Shown in pieces: positions 33,248 through 42,770 of a DNA stretch of 64,000 nucleotides (position 1 is its first letter; each line of letters opens with the position of its first letter). A program made the translations under genes and the position numbers. The stretch covers positions 960,001 to 1,024,000 of the forward strand of contig CAWBAT010000005.1 of the NCBI GenBank assembly GCA_963786955.1. Direction: 5' to 3'. Below the pieces are notes generated by a model that did not search any database, was not told where the DNA came from, and saw nothing but the letters and a program-made list of their open reading frames with translations. The DNA comes from an uncultured Acidimicrobiia bacterium (lineage in GTDB: Bacteria > Acidobacteriota > Terriglobia > Versatilivoradales > Versatilivoraceae).

Positions 33248-36212
33248 TTATTTTTTTTCTTCGGTTTTCTTCTTTGGTTGGGCCTGATCCATGACACCCT
33301 TTAGCAAATCATCCCAAGGGGATGATTTCTTTTCCGGCGGTTTCTCTTCACCGCCGCTGGCCTCTTTGCCACTGGGAGTTCCTGAAGCTGCCGGAGGGGT
33401 CGCCGATTTCTTGGGTTTAAACAGGCTCTGGATGGAATCCATGGCTTCTTTGACGCTTCCGTCACGCAACATATTCTTCCACAAATCATTAGCGGCTTGC
33501 GGATCTAAGGTGAATTTTGGACTGGTAATGAGCCCCGTCATCCGGAGTGGCAAAACTATATTCCCTTGCGAATTCTTGAAAAGGACACCCGCAGCAACAT
33601 TGGCTAATTGGGTCGAATCCCCGCTCTTACGGCCGGGCTCACTCAAAAGTTCTGCCAGAATTCGGCAATCTGTTGTTTTGTCAAAACCAAAAAAGCCGTT
33701 GCCCTGCAGCCGCATCGTGGTCATCTTCACATGCATATTGGAGGTGAAGATGCGGCCTTCTCGAATAACAAAATCACTCGCCAGATCCTCAAACTCGGTG
33801 CCCGATTGGCCCAGATTCATTCCAGCCAGTTTACCCAAAGTCGCGACCTGTTCGCTCATGTTAAAGCTTGTGATCCGACCCTTTGCAATGCCCAACTTCC
33901 CTGATCCAACGAGACCGTGAGTGAGTTCATCATAATTTGAACCACTGAAATGGAGCTCAAAATCGGAGGACAGATTCCCATAAATCGTGTTCTTCAACGA
34001 AAAATTCTCCGCCAGAAATTCATTGGCATCGACGTTGCGCAGTTTGGCGCTGTAAGTGTAACCTGGCTGAGGCCGGTTAAAGTCAACGGTTAGGCTACCG
34101 GCGTGATCTCCGTGGTCCACTTGAAATTGTAGATTGGATAGATCCAGGATCTTATTTTGCATTCGGACGTTCGACGTCAGGTTTGTCAGAACGCGTGGTT
34201 CGGAATAGACCTTTTCAATCGCCAGACTGCTGTCTTTAATGGAGAGATCACTCAACGGATCTCGGGTCGAACCGCCGCCCCCTCCTGACGCATAGACAAC
34301 GGGAGTTGTTGCGCAAAACAGCAGATTCCAGGAAGCCGGCTTCAAAAGTGTCGAATGCTTGGGAGTTTTATCTCCATCGGAGGCGATGAGATCGGACCAT
34401 TTCGAAAGATTCAGTTGATTAAGCTTTAGCGCAAAAGAAAATACAGGCGAGTTGAATGGAGCCACTTTCACATTCCCGTTGAAATGAATGTCGCTAATGG
34501 TAGCCGAAAGGTCGCTAACGGTAGCCGAGTTTCCCGTAAATCTGAGGAGTGCATTGTGAATTTGAATAGGAACTTTAAGACTGGCAGCCTGCAATACAGT
34601 TCCACTGAAGACAGACTGCCCTTCCACTTGAAGTTCTGAGTTTGGCCGGAAGCGTTCTTTCAAATCCAGTTGAAGGTTTACGGTCCCGTCTTGCAGCTTT
34701 GTACCTTCGGGCAGCCTAAACCCAAAAGAATGGCCAATCGCCTGCAAATCGTTCACTGGCACGGGACGCTCGGTGCTGACTTTGGCATTTAGAAAGGAGA
34801 CAGAGCCAAACCCCGAAGTGAGTTGTAATTGCAAGCGAGTTCTCTCCCCCACACTGGCAAGAAAAGGGTTTGATTGCATTTCGTTGTTTTTGAATATCAA
34901 CGTAACGGGCGATAGGACAATTTTTTCGGACAAGCCCGGATAGCGGATGTTTAAATCCGTAAATTTGGCTTCTCCCTTAAGCGCCAGGTTTCCGGTGTTC
35001 CCTTTAATTTCTAAGTCTGCCTGGCCATATCCGCCGGCTTGCACGCCATTGGGGGGCCCTTGACCAAAAACCGATCCCAGCGCTAAAAGATCATCAAAGG
35101 AAGCCTTGGAGGATTTCAAGCTGAGATCAAGAAGGGTTTCTCCTTTTTGGTTCTGGATTGATCCAGAGAGAGAGATCGTAGAGTTCGGGGCTTGCAGTTG
35201 AAGATGATCCAGATTTAAAGAACCTGAACCAAACTGGTAGCTGAATTTGTGTTGGATTTCACCTTTGACGTGTGCCGATTCCAACGTCCCGAGCGTTGCA
35301 GCAATATCAGAATAGTGAGTCAATCCATCGAAGACAACGCCGCTGGATAGGCTGCCATAGATATGAGTGGAGGTACTCAGCGTTCCAACCCAATGCCGGG
35401 TTGTGGCAATTTCAAACGGGATGAGAAGCTCCGCAACTGGGACTTCGGACAACTCGAGTTTTGCATCCAAGGCCGCTTTGTCCATTGCTTGCAGGTTCAA
35501 AGGACCGAAAGTCCCCGAAAGCCGTAGTTTATTCTTTGGCATTGCCTCCGAGACCCAAGGAGAGATCAAAACGGCTCGCTGTCGTCGGTGAAATATCGGA
35601 TAGCTCCAGGTTGATGTGCTCCCAACGGCTGACTTGACGGCCTCCTTCAGGCAGACTCTTGACGATTGAAAGCGTCCCCTCACGCAGCGCCAGGGATGAA
35701 ATCGCAACGGGAAGAGACTCTGCGTTCTGCGTAGTGGTCGACTGGCTTGCGCTCCCTGATTCTTTCGGCCTTGGCATCGTTGGTGAACTCACCGGGGGAT
35801 GACTTCCTTGACCAGGAGCCTTCATCAGGGAAGAATAATTCCATAGTCCCTCGCGGTTTTGGATCAATTCAACGACCGGGTGGGTGATCTTGAGATCACT
35901 GATTTCTATCTTGCCGCTTAAAAGGGGGAGTATTCCAGCTCTGACGACCAAAGATTCCACCATCATAAACGGATTTTTGCTGAACCCTGGATCGTCTGCA
36001 ATGGTAACCTCTCGCAACTCAATCCCTGGACCCGTAAAGATGCGGACGCCTGCCTCTCTGGCTGTAATCTTGCGCTGAAGCCTGGACTCAAGCTGTGCAA
36101 TAATGAGGTTTTTCAGCCCATTCGAATCGACAAAGAGTGGGACAGCCGACAGGCCGATCAGAACCACTGCCAGGAACGAAACACCGACAATCAATAGCTT
36201 CTTTCGTTTCAC
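33248..36212 (-). CDS. AsmA family protein; frameshift near 35550
   Basis: N-terminal TM, VTIADDPGFS, LIQNREGLWNYSSL; C-terminal LPLRMTGLITSPKF. Confidence 0.88.
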
Positions 36213-36450
36213 AGATTCAGCCTCAGGAGTTTTGGATCATAGAAGAGTTGCAAAATCGAAATCTGCAGAATTCGATGCCGTGCTGTAAAAACTGCCATGA
36301 ATTCATTCTAGCATTGAGTCCGGAGCGATCAAATCCTGCCTTTGGATCACTCGTGAGAAGGAGTATCTGGAAGTTTACCTTGAATCACTTCCATTCTCCA
36401 GAACCACGAACGAGTCTTCGGCGGCGTGAACGTAAAACCTGCTAGTATAA

Positions 36451-38961
36451 ATGTCCATCCAGTTCGATTATCAAAACCGTACCCTGACCCTAGCGGTTCG
36501 TGACTTGTGCGGGCCAGAATGGTCCGGCGGGAGCCTCAATTTGTTGCCTCTGAGTGGCGTTCGAAACGAGCTCGGGCAGGCCCTCCATGAGGCGCACCAA
36601 ACCCGACAAGCAAAGTTGCATCCTGGGTACCAGAAAGAGCAAACCATCCGGTTTCAGATGATGCATAAAGGCTATTCGGTGCTCATCCAGGGAAGAGTCG
36701 ATGGTGTTTATGAGAGCAATCGCCAAACCATCATCGAGGAGATCAAATCCGTTCTCCGTTTGCAAGAGGAATTTCGACGCGAAGATCTTCCCGAAGGTTA
36801 CTACTTGCAACTAAAAATTTATCTTTATCTTTGGTCTCAACTTCATGAACTCAGGGACGTGGTCGGGAATCTGGTTGTCATCAGCTGTGAGGACCAGAAA
36901 TGGACCTCGGTAGAGGTTGTAACCGATCTAGAGACTATTCACGACTTTATTCAAGACCAGCTCGAACGGATTATCCTGGTCCATGAAGAAAGTTCCCTGC
37001 GGAAAGTAGAACAGGCAACACAGGCAGGCACAATCCGCTTCCCTTTCTCGCAGATGCGCCGGCACCAGGACACTATGATCGAGGCCGTCGATTCTGCCCT
37101 GCAGGACCGTCAACATCTCCTCGTATCTGCGCCCACTGGCATCGGAAAGACCGTGGCAGCGCTTTATGGCAGCTTGCAGTTTGCAGTCAGAAATGGGCTC
37201 TCCATTTTCTTCCTCACGTCAAAGACTACTCAGCAGAGAATTGTGGTAGACACCTTGAGGCTTCTGACCAGTAAGTCCATTTCATCAGGCCCGACCGGCC
37301 GCGAATCCCCCGCACCGTTCAATAGTCTCATCTTGCGATCAAAAGAAAAGAGCTGCGCCAATGATGTCGTATGCTGTCACGAAGCACGCTGCCCCTATGC
37401 GAAGAATTTCTTCGGGAAGATGGAGCGCTCCGCTCTGCGTTCTTCTTTTACGAACGTGCCGGTTATCACGCCGGAACTCGTCTACTCGCGGGCCGTTGAG
37501 GTGGAAGTCTGCCCGTTTGAGCTGTCCCTGGAGCTCGTTCCGCAGGTCCAAGTGACCGTGTGCGACTATAACTACGTCTATGACCCCCGCGTCTCAATCG
37601 AAGGACTTTCAGGTCTGGATGCAAGTCGGATCATCTTGATTGTTGACGAAGCTCATAACCTTTACTCCAGAGCACGCGAATATTACTCCCCTGAGTTAGA
37701 CCTTCAAAGGGTTCAGATTCTGAAACAGCATGCCCTGTCCTCTATGGTTGAATTCGAACTCCCTTTGCAGCAGAGCTTAGCTGAAAATGGACAGGCGCCA
37801 GCCCAATCCAAGCCACTTTCCAATGACTTTCTGAAAGTACTCGCCGAATTTCTCTCTGGAATAGAGGAATACGTCGAGGAACTGGGCGAGCTGTTTCCCG
37901 AAATCCAAGAAAACCCGCAGGCTGTGATTTCATTTGATCGAGAGTTTTTTAGAGAACAAAAAAACACTCTGGATGAATTAATGCAACGCTACTTGATGGA
38001 ACAGCGACGCTGGGGAAGATGGCAGGATGAGGATCAAATCCTTGATTTCTTTTACTCTTTCTCGCGATTTTGCGGCGTATTGGAACTGACTGGCGATGAA
38101 TTTGTCCATGTGCTCGATGTCTCCGCAAAAACACCTCGACTCAAAATCATTTGCCTGGATCCCTCTGGCCAGCTCAAGAAAATAAACAAAAAGTACTTTT
38201 CGGTGCTGGCAATGTCTGCAACCCTGACTCCACTGGAGTTTTATTCCGATGTCTTGGGTCTGGATCAAAATTCCCGGCGCCTTTCTCTGCCTTCTCCGTT
38301 CCCGCCAGAGAATCGTAAGATCCTGGTTATTCCTGACGTCTCTACAACCTATCGACAGCGTGACAAGCATCTGGCCCGAATCGCGCGAATCATCGAGGAA
38401 GTCGTTGCAGTCCACCGCGGCAATTACTTTGCCTTTTTCCCAAGCTTCGATTTCATGGCCCTAGTGGCTCAACACCTCAACCCCTCTGACTACAAGCTTC
38501 TCATTCAGAGCCGGGTGATGGCGGATCACAGTAGAAATGCCCTTTTGGAAAAACTCTCGGCTCAGGGGGAAGCGCATTTAGTCCTCGCTGTGCAGGGAGG
38601 AATTTTTGCCGAAGGCGTCGATTTTCCGGGAGATTTGGCGATCGGCGCTATTGTTGTGGGTCCGGGACTGCCAAAGGTTTCGTTCGAAACAGAGCTGATT
38701 CGCCGCTATTACGAAGAGAATTGTTCCATGGGTTTCGAATACGCGTTTTTGTATCCCGGCATGAATCGTGTGGTACAGTCGGCGGGACGCATCATCCGGA
38801 CAGAGACCGATCGAGGTATTCTCGTGCTCTTGGATCGGCGCTTCGGCTATGAAAACTACATGTCCCTGTTTCCTCGGGACTGGTACGATTCGTCTCCCCA
38901 GGAACTCGTCAGCAATAATTACGTCGACGCGCTGAGGAAATTTTGGAATTCGAAAGAATAA
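36451..38961 (+). CDS. Rad3/DinG-family Fe-S DNA helicase with N-terminal PD-(D/E)XK (Cas4-like) nuclease domain
   Basis: GRVDG...IIEEIKS and QLKIY nuclease motifs; APTGIGKT; CANDVVCCHEARCP...VCPF Fe-S cysteines; DEAHNL; SATL; EGVDF; QSAGRIIR. Confidence 0.93.
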   Translation: MSIQFDYQNRTLTLAVRDLCGPEWSGGSLNLLPLSGVRNELGQALHEAHQTRQAKLHPGYQKEQTIRFQMMHKGYSVLIQGRVDGVYESNRQTIIEEIKSVLRLQEEFRREDLPEGYYLQLKIYLYLWSQLHELRDVVGNLVVISCEDQKWTSVEVVTDLETIHDFIQDQLERIILVHEESSLRKVEQATQAGTIRFPFSQMRRHQDTMIEAVDSALQDRQHLLVSAPTGIGKTVAALYGSLQFAVRNGLSIFFLTSKTTQQRIVVDTLRLLTSKSISSGPTGRESPAPFNSLILRSKEKSCANDVVCCHEARCPYAKNFFGKMERSALRSSFTNVPVITPELVYSRAVEVEVCPFELSLELVPQVQVTVCDYNYVYDPRVSIEGLSGLDASRIILIVDEAHNLYSRAREYYSPELDLQRVQILKQHALSSMVEFELPLQQSLAENGQAPAQSKPLSNDFLKVLAEFLSGIEEYVEELGELFPEIQENPQAVISFDREFFREQKNTLDELMQRYLMEQRRWGRWQDEDQILDFFYSFSRFCGVLELTGDEFVHVLDVSAKTPRLKIICLDPSGQLKKINKKYFSVLAMSATLTPLEFYSDVLGLDQNSRRLSLPSPFPPENRKILVIPDVSTTYRQRDKHLARIARIIEEVVAVHRGNYFAFFPSFDFMALVAQHLNPSDYKLLIQSRVMADHSRNALLEKLSAQGEAHLVLAVQGGIFAEGVDFPGDLAIGAIVVGPGLPKVSFETELIRRYYEENCSMGFEYAFLYPGMNRVVQSAGRIIRTETDRGILVLLDRRFGYENYMSLFPRDWYDSSPQELVSNNYVDALRKFWNSKE

Positions 38962-39154
38962 GTCATTTCACTTCAAGCAGTTCTTGCGCCACGGAGCATT
39001 CGGACGGAAATGGTTGTCTTTGCGGCGGCCCGGAGGATCCGGGCTCTGCAGTATCTTCAACATCACGGTTCAACAAGGCCCCGTAGTTCCTAAAAGCGAT
39101 GGCCGTCCAGACACCCATTACACCTGATGCCGCCGGGTCCCTGAACATCCGCGT

Positions 39155-39183
39155 TTGACAAGCGTTTCGGTTTACGTTTTAAT
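39155..39183 (+). promoter_or_regulatory. putative sigma70 promoter of cysE
   Basis: TTGACA-N17-TTTAAT, followed by SD GGGAGG. Confidence 0.6.
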
Positions 39184-39216
39184 CAATGCAACCCTTGAAT
39201 TTCAGGGAGGGAACCT

Positions 39217-40149
39217 ATGGACAATTCCAACCCAAAACATCAGTTGCCCTTAATCACGGACAGGATCGTGGCGACGTACGGTCCCATTGACGTGCCGTTG
39301 CAGCACCTCGAAACGAATCTTTTACCCTCACGGGAAAACATGGTCCAGCTGGTTGAAATTCTCCAACAGATCATTTTCCCGGGCTACTTCGGGAAAAAGG
39401 GGTTGGATTACCACAGCATCAAGTACCACGTAGGGGACTGTCTCGAGTCTGTTTACGAATTGCTGGTGAGCGAAATCTATCGCGGGATTCGCCATGGATG
39501 CAAGCTCAATGAGAACGAGTGCTCCCATTGTGAAGAGATTGCTGCGTCCCAAGCGATTAGTTTTCTGGCAAAAATTCCCGACCTCCGTCATGCCTTGGCG
39601 AACGACGTAAAAGCAGCCTACGATGGAGATCCGGCCTCAAAAGGCTACGACGAGGTGATCTTCAGTTATCCTTGTATCTTCGCCATCATGGTTTATCGCA
39701 TGGCCCATGAGCTGCACAAGCAAGGAATTCCTCTTTTGCCGCGCATGATCACGGAGTTTGCCCACTCCAAGACCGGAATCGATATCCATCCGGGCGCTCA
39801 GATTGGACAATTCTTTTTTATCGATCACGGAACCGGGGTCGTTATTGGAGAGACCACTATAATTGGCCAAAATGTCAAACTCTACCAGGGTGTCACGCTG
39901 GGTGCGTTAAGTTTCCCAAAAGATGACACAGGAAGGTTGATCCGTGGCCTCAAACGGCACCCCACTATTGAAGATGATGTCGTAATTTACGCCGGAGCCA
40001 CCATTCTGGGCGGAGACACGGTCATCGGAAGAGGTTCGGTCATCGGCGGAAACGTCTGGTTGACTCGGTCTGTTCCACCTCGCACGAAGGTTCTCATTTC
40101 GGATCCACAGCTGATCATGGACCCTCTGCCTAAGCCGGTGATAGCTTAA
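39217..40149 (+). CDS. cysE: serine O-acetyltransferase
   Basis: AYDGDPA, TGIDIHPGAQIG, FIDHGTGVVIGET, YQGVTLGA, KRHPTIED. Confidence 0.94.
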   Translation: MDNSNPKHQLPLITDRIVATYGPIDVPLQHLETNLLPSRENMVQLVEILQQIIFPGYFGKKGLDYHSIKYHVGDCLESVYELLVSEIYRGIRHGCKLNENECSHCEEIAASQAISFLAKIPDLRHALANDVKAAYDGDPASKGYDEVIFSYPCIFAIMVYRMAHELHKQGIPLLPRMITEFAHSKTGIDIHPGAQIGQFFFIDHGTGVVIGETTIIGQNVKLYQGVTLGALSFPKDDTGRLIRGLKRHPTIEDDVVIYAGATILGGDTVIGRGSVIGGNVWLTRSVPPRTKVLISDPQLIMDPLPKPVIA

Positions 40150-41375
40150 CGAGAGTGTGATTGCAGGTACGACAGCATAAGATGACTGAGTGCACTGACT
40201 CCGATCGATAGGCAATTCTCGTCCACGTCAAATTCGGGAGTGTGAAGCATCCGGGTAATTCCCTTCGCTTCATTACGCACTCCCAGCCAGAAGTAGAATC
40301 CTGGAATTTTTTCCGCAAAACACGCAAAGTCTTCCGCCCCCATCTGTGGCCGTTGCATGATCACATTTTCTTTTCCGAACGCAGATTCGAGCGTTGGGAT
40401 GGCATGAGCAACCAACCTTGGGTGATTCATCGTGACCGGGGCACCCGCAGTCCAGGTGAGGGTATAAGATGCCCCAAATGATTGCGTCACACCCCTCAAT
40501 ACCTCTTCGATCCGTTTCGGGGCCGCCTCGCGAACTTCCGGACTCAGGCTACGCACAATTCCCTGCAGGCGGACTCGATCGGCGAGCACGTTGAACTGAT
40601 TTCCGCCCTCGAAGATTCCAAAAGAAATGAGCAGGGGGTCGCGGACGTCGACCAGGCGGGTAACCATCGTTTGTAATCCCAGCACCACCTGCGCGGCAAC
40701 GGTGATGGCGTCCACCCCGGTATGCGGGTAAGCAGCGTGTGTCTTCCGCCCGTGGATCAGAATTTCGATCGTATCATTGCTCGCCCAAACGGCTCCCGTA
40801 TGGACTCCAATTTCCCCGACCTCGATGGTCGGCATGACGTGAATGCCAAATATTGCCTCCACGGTCGGGTCTTCCAAAACTCCTTCTTTTACCATCAGGG
40901 CCGCGCCTCCCGTTTCCCCCTCCGGTGGCCCTTCCTCGGCCGGTTGAAAGATGAACTTAACCTTGCCCGGGATTACATCTCGAAAATTCATCAGTGTTTC
41001 TGCTACTCCAAGACCCATCGTTGTGTGCACGTCATGGCCACAGGCGTGTTTGACTCCTTCTACCTCAGATTTGTAGGGCACATCCAAAGTTTCTTGAATT
41101 GGCAATGCGTCCATATCAACACGCACTGCTACCGTAGGCCCCTCTTGCTCACCTGCAAGCACCGCTACGACCCCGGTATGGGCTACGAGTGTTTGGACCT
41201 GGAGTCCTAGACTATTGAGGTATTCGGCCACCAATTTGGAGGTGCGAAACTCCCGGTTGCTCAGCTCAGGCTGCCGGTGGAGGACTCTTCGGATCCCGAC
41301 TAGTTTTGGCTGGAGAGACTGCGCCCGGGATTGTACGCGAGTATAAAACCCGCGGTCTAAAATTTCTTCAGCCAT
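40146..41375 (-). CDS. M20D family amidohydrolase
   Basis: HRQPELSNRE, RVDMDALP, HACGHDVH, FQPAEEG, GAEDF, LHTPEFDVDE. Confidence 0.93.
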   Translation of the reverse strand: MAEEILDRGFYTRVQSRAQSLQPKLVGIRRVLHRQPELSNREFRTSKLVAEYLNSLGLQVQTLVAHTGVVAVLAGEQEGPTVAVRVDMDALPIQETLDVPYKSEVEGVKHACGHDVHTTMGLGVAETLMNFRDVIPGKVKFIFQPAEEGPPEGETGGAALMVKEGVLEDPTVEAIFGIHVMPTIEVGEIGVHTGAVWASNDTIEILIHGRKTHAAYPHTGVDAITVAAQVVLGLQTMVTRLVDVRDPLLISFGIFEGGNQFNVLADRVRLQGIVRSLSPEVREAAPKRIEEVLRGVTQSFGASYTLTWTAGAPVTMNHPRLVAHAIPTLESAFGKENVIMQRPQMGAEDFACFAEKIPGFYFWLGVRNEAKGITRMLHTPEFDVDENCLSIGVSALSHLMLSYLQSHSR

Positions 41376-41409
41376 TGTTGTTTTCCAGTAATTCTTCGCC
41401 CCCAAGTTG

Positions 41410-41441
41410 TCCCCCCTTGCACAAGGGGGACTTGAGGGGGG
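41410..41441. repeat. CCCCCTT-N4-AAGGGGG-N-GGGGG short palindromic repeat
   Basis: TCCCCCCTT-GCAC-AAGGGGGA-CTTG-AGGGGGG in the dapD-amidohydrolase spacer. Confidence 0.55.
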
Positions 41442-41506
41442 TCGTGCGGAATTTGAACATTATTTATTGCGTTTGTATTAACTAATTGATGGAGCCAACG
41501 CCGAAT

Positions 41507-42343
41507 TCACCGCAGCAAATCTTCAAGAGCAGTGGCCGCATCGGTCGATTGATCCCGGTACTTGATGATCATCGGGCATGCCAGGTGGATCCCATGTTGA
41601 CGGGCAAATTCGCCACTAATCGCTCTTGTCCCTGGAACGACAACCGCATTTTCCGGAATGACCAACGGTTTGTCTTTGGTCTTTCTATAAACTTCTTTCT
41701 TGACCAAATCGAAAATCGGGACCGAGCCGGTGATGATAGTTCCGGCGCCGATGACAGCACCCGCTTGAACCAGCGTCCCGTCGTAAATCCCGCAGTTGCC
41801 GCCAACCAAGACGTCATCTTCAATAATGACAGGCATCGCGCCGACCGGTTCCAGGACACCGCCAATCTGACAACCCGCACTGAGATGCACTCTCTTGCCA
41901 ATCTGGGCACAGGAACCTACCAAGGCATGGGAATCCACCATCGTCCCATCGTCTACATAAGCACCCACATTGACATACATGGGAGGCATCAAAGTGACAC
42001 CGTTGCCCAGATAGGCTCCCCTCCGGACAGAAGAGCCTCCAGGCACCAGCCTGACACTTTGAGCTGACGTTCTCAAATCTTTCAATGGATAGGTGTGCTT
42101 ATCTCGAAACTGAAAATGCTGATCGATTGAACAGTCGACGATATTCCCCAGCTTGAAGCCAAGTAGAATCCCCTGTTTGACCCAAGGGTTGACTTCCCAT
42201 TTTCCGTTCTTCTTTTCAGCCGCCCGAATTTTTCCCCCATCCAGCTTCTCAATGAAACAGTCAAAAAGAAGTGCGGACTCCTCAGTGAGTTCCTCACGCT
42301 TCTTTGCAAAGTGAATAAGGATAAGCTTTTCCAAGTCGTTCAT
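41507..42343 (-). CDS. dapD: tetrahydrodipicolinate N-succinyltransferase
   Basis: [62 protein letters not shown]. Confidence 0.95.
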   Translation of the reverse strand: MNDLEKLILIHFAKKREELTEESALLFDCFIEKLDGGKIRAAEKKNGKWEVNPWVKQGILLGFKLGNIVDCSIDQHFQFRDKHTYPLKDLRTSAQSVRLVPGGSSVRRGAYLGNGVTLMPPMYVNVGAYVDDGTMVDSHALVGSCAQIGKRVHLSAGCQIGGVLEPVGAMPVIIEDDVLVGGNCGIYDGTLVQAGAVIGAGTIITGSVPIFDLVKKEVYRKTKDKPLVIPENAVVVPGTRAISGEFARQHGIHLACPMIIKYRDQSTDAATALEDLLR

Positions 42344-42441
42344 GCTTTTCTTTTGTGGTGGGGTCTGGACAAGAGCTATTCCTTTCGGCTGACTCAATCA
42401 TGTTAACACGAGTTAGAGAAACGAACCGTCGGGGATCGAAA

Positions 42442-42565
42442 ATTAACCTGAACTCCAAAGTTGGTTTTGCTTTGCCTGGTGGAGCGGGCGCTCCGTCGCA
42501 CGCTTAACGAACGCGCGGCGGAGCGCGCGTTTCACCGATCACCAACTTCGGAATTTGAGATTAAT
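42442..42565. mobile_element. MITE-like element with ~24-bp imperfect TIRs enclosing a REP doublet (REPIN-like)
   Basis: Outer arms ATTAACCTGAACTCCAAAGTTGGT / ACCAACTTCGGAATTTGAGATTAAT; inner arms GGTGGAGCGGGCGCTCCGTCGCACG / CGCGCGGCGGAGCGCGCGTTTCACC. Confidence 0.65.
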
Positions 42566-42770
42566 AGGTGTTCCACGCGATCGGTTTCTCGAAATGAATA
42601 TCGGGGAATACTCTAACCGGATGGACTCGGACACTTTGGCAAAATTGGTACTGGGGAAGTGAGTAGCATTGGAAATGAGAATCCCATGTGCCTACGAGGG
42701 CATGCCGGCACTCAGAAACTCAAGTATTATCGCGTCGAACGCCACATTCCTTTGGTGTCGCCCTTCAGTC

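Noticed and set aside
36451-37000. CRISPR-Cas (cas4 or type IV dinG) locus
   Set aside because: No repeat-spacer array or other cas genes are visible in the window.
38963-39148. 61-aa minus-strand ORF after the helicase
   Set aside because: No SD or motif, and it abuts the cysE promoter; probably non-coding.
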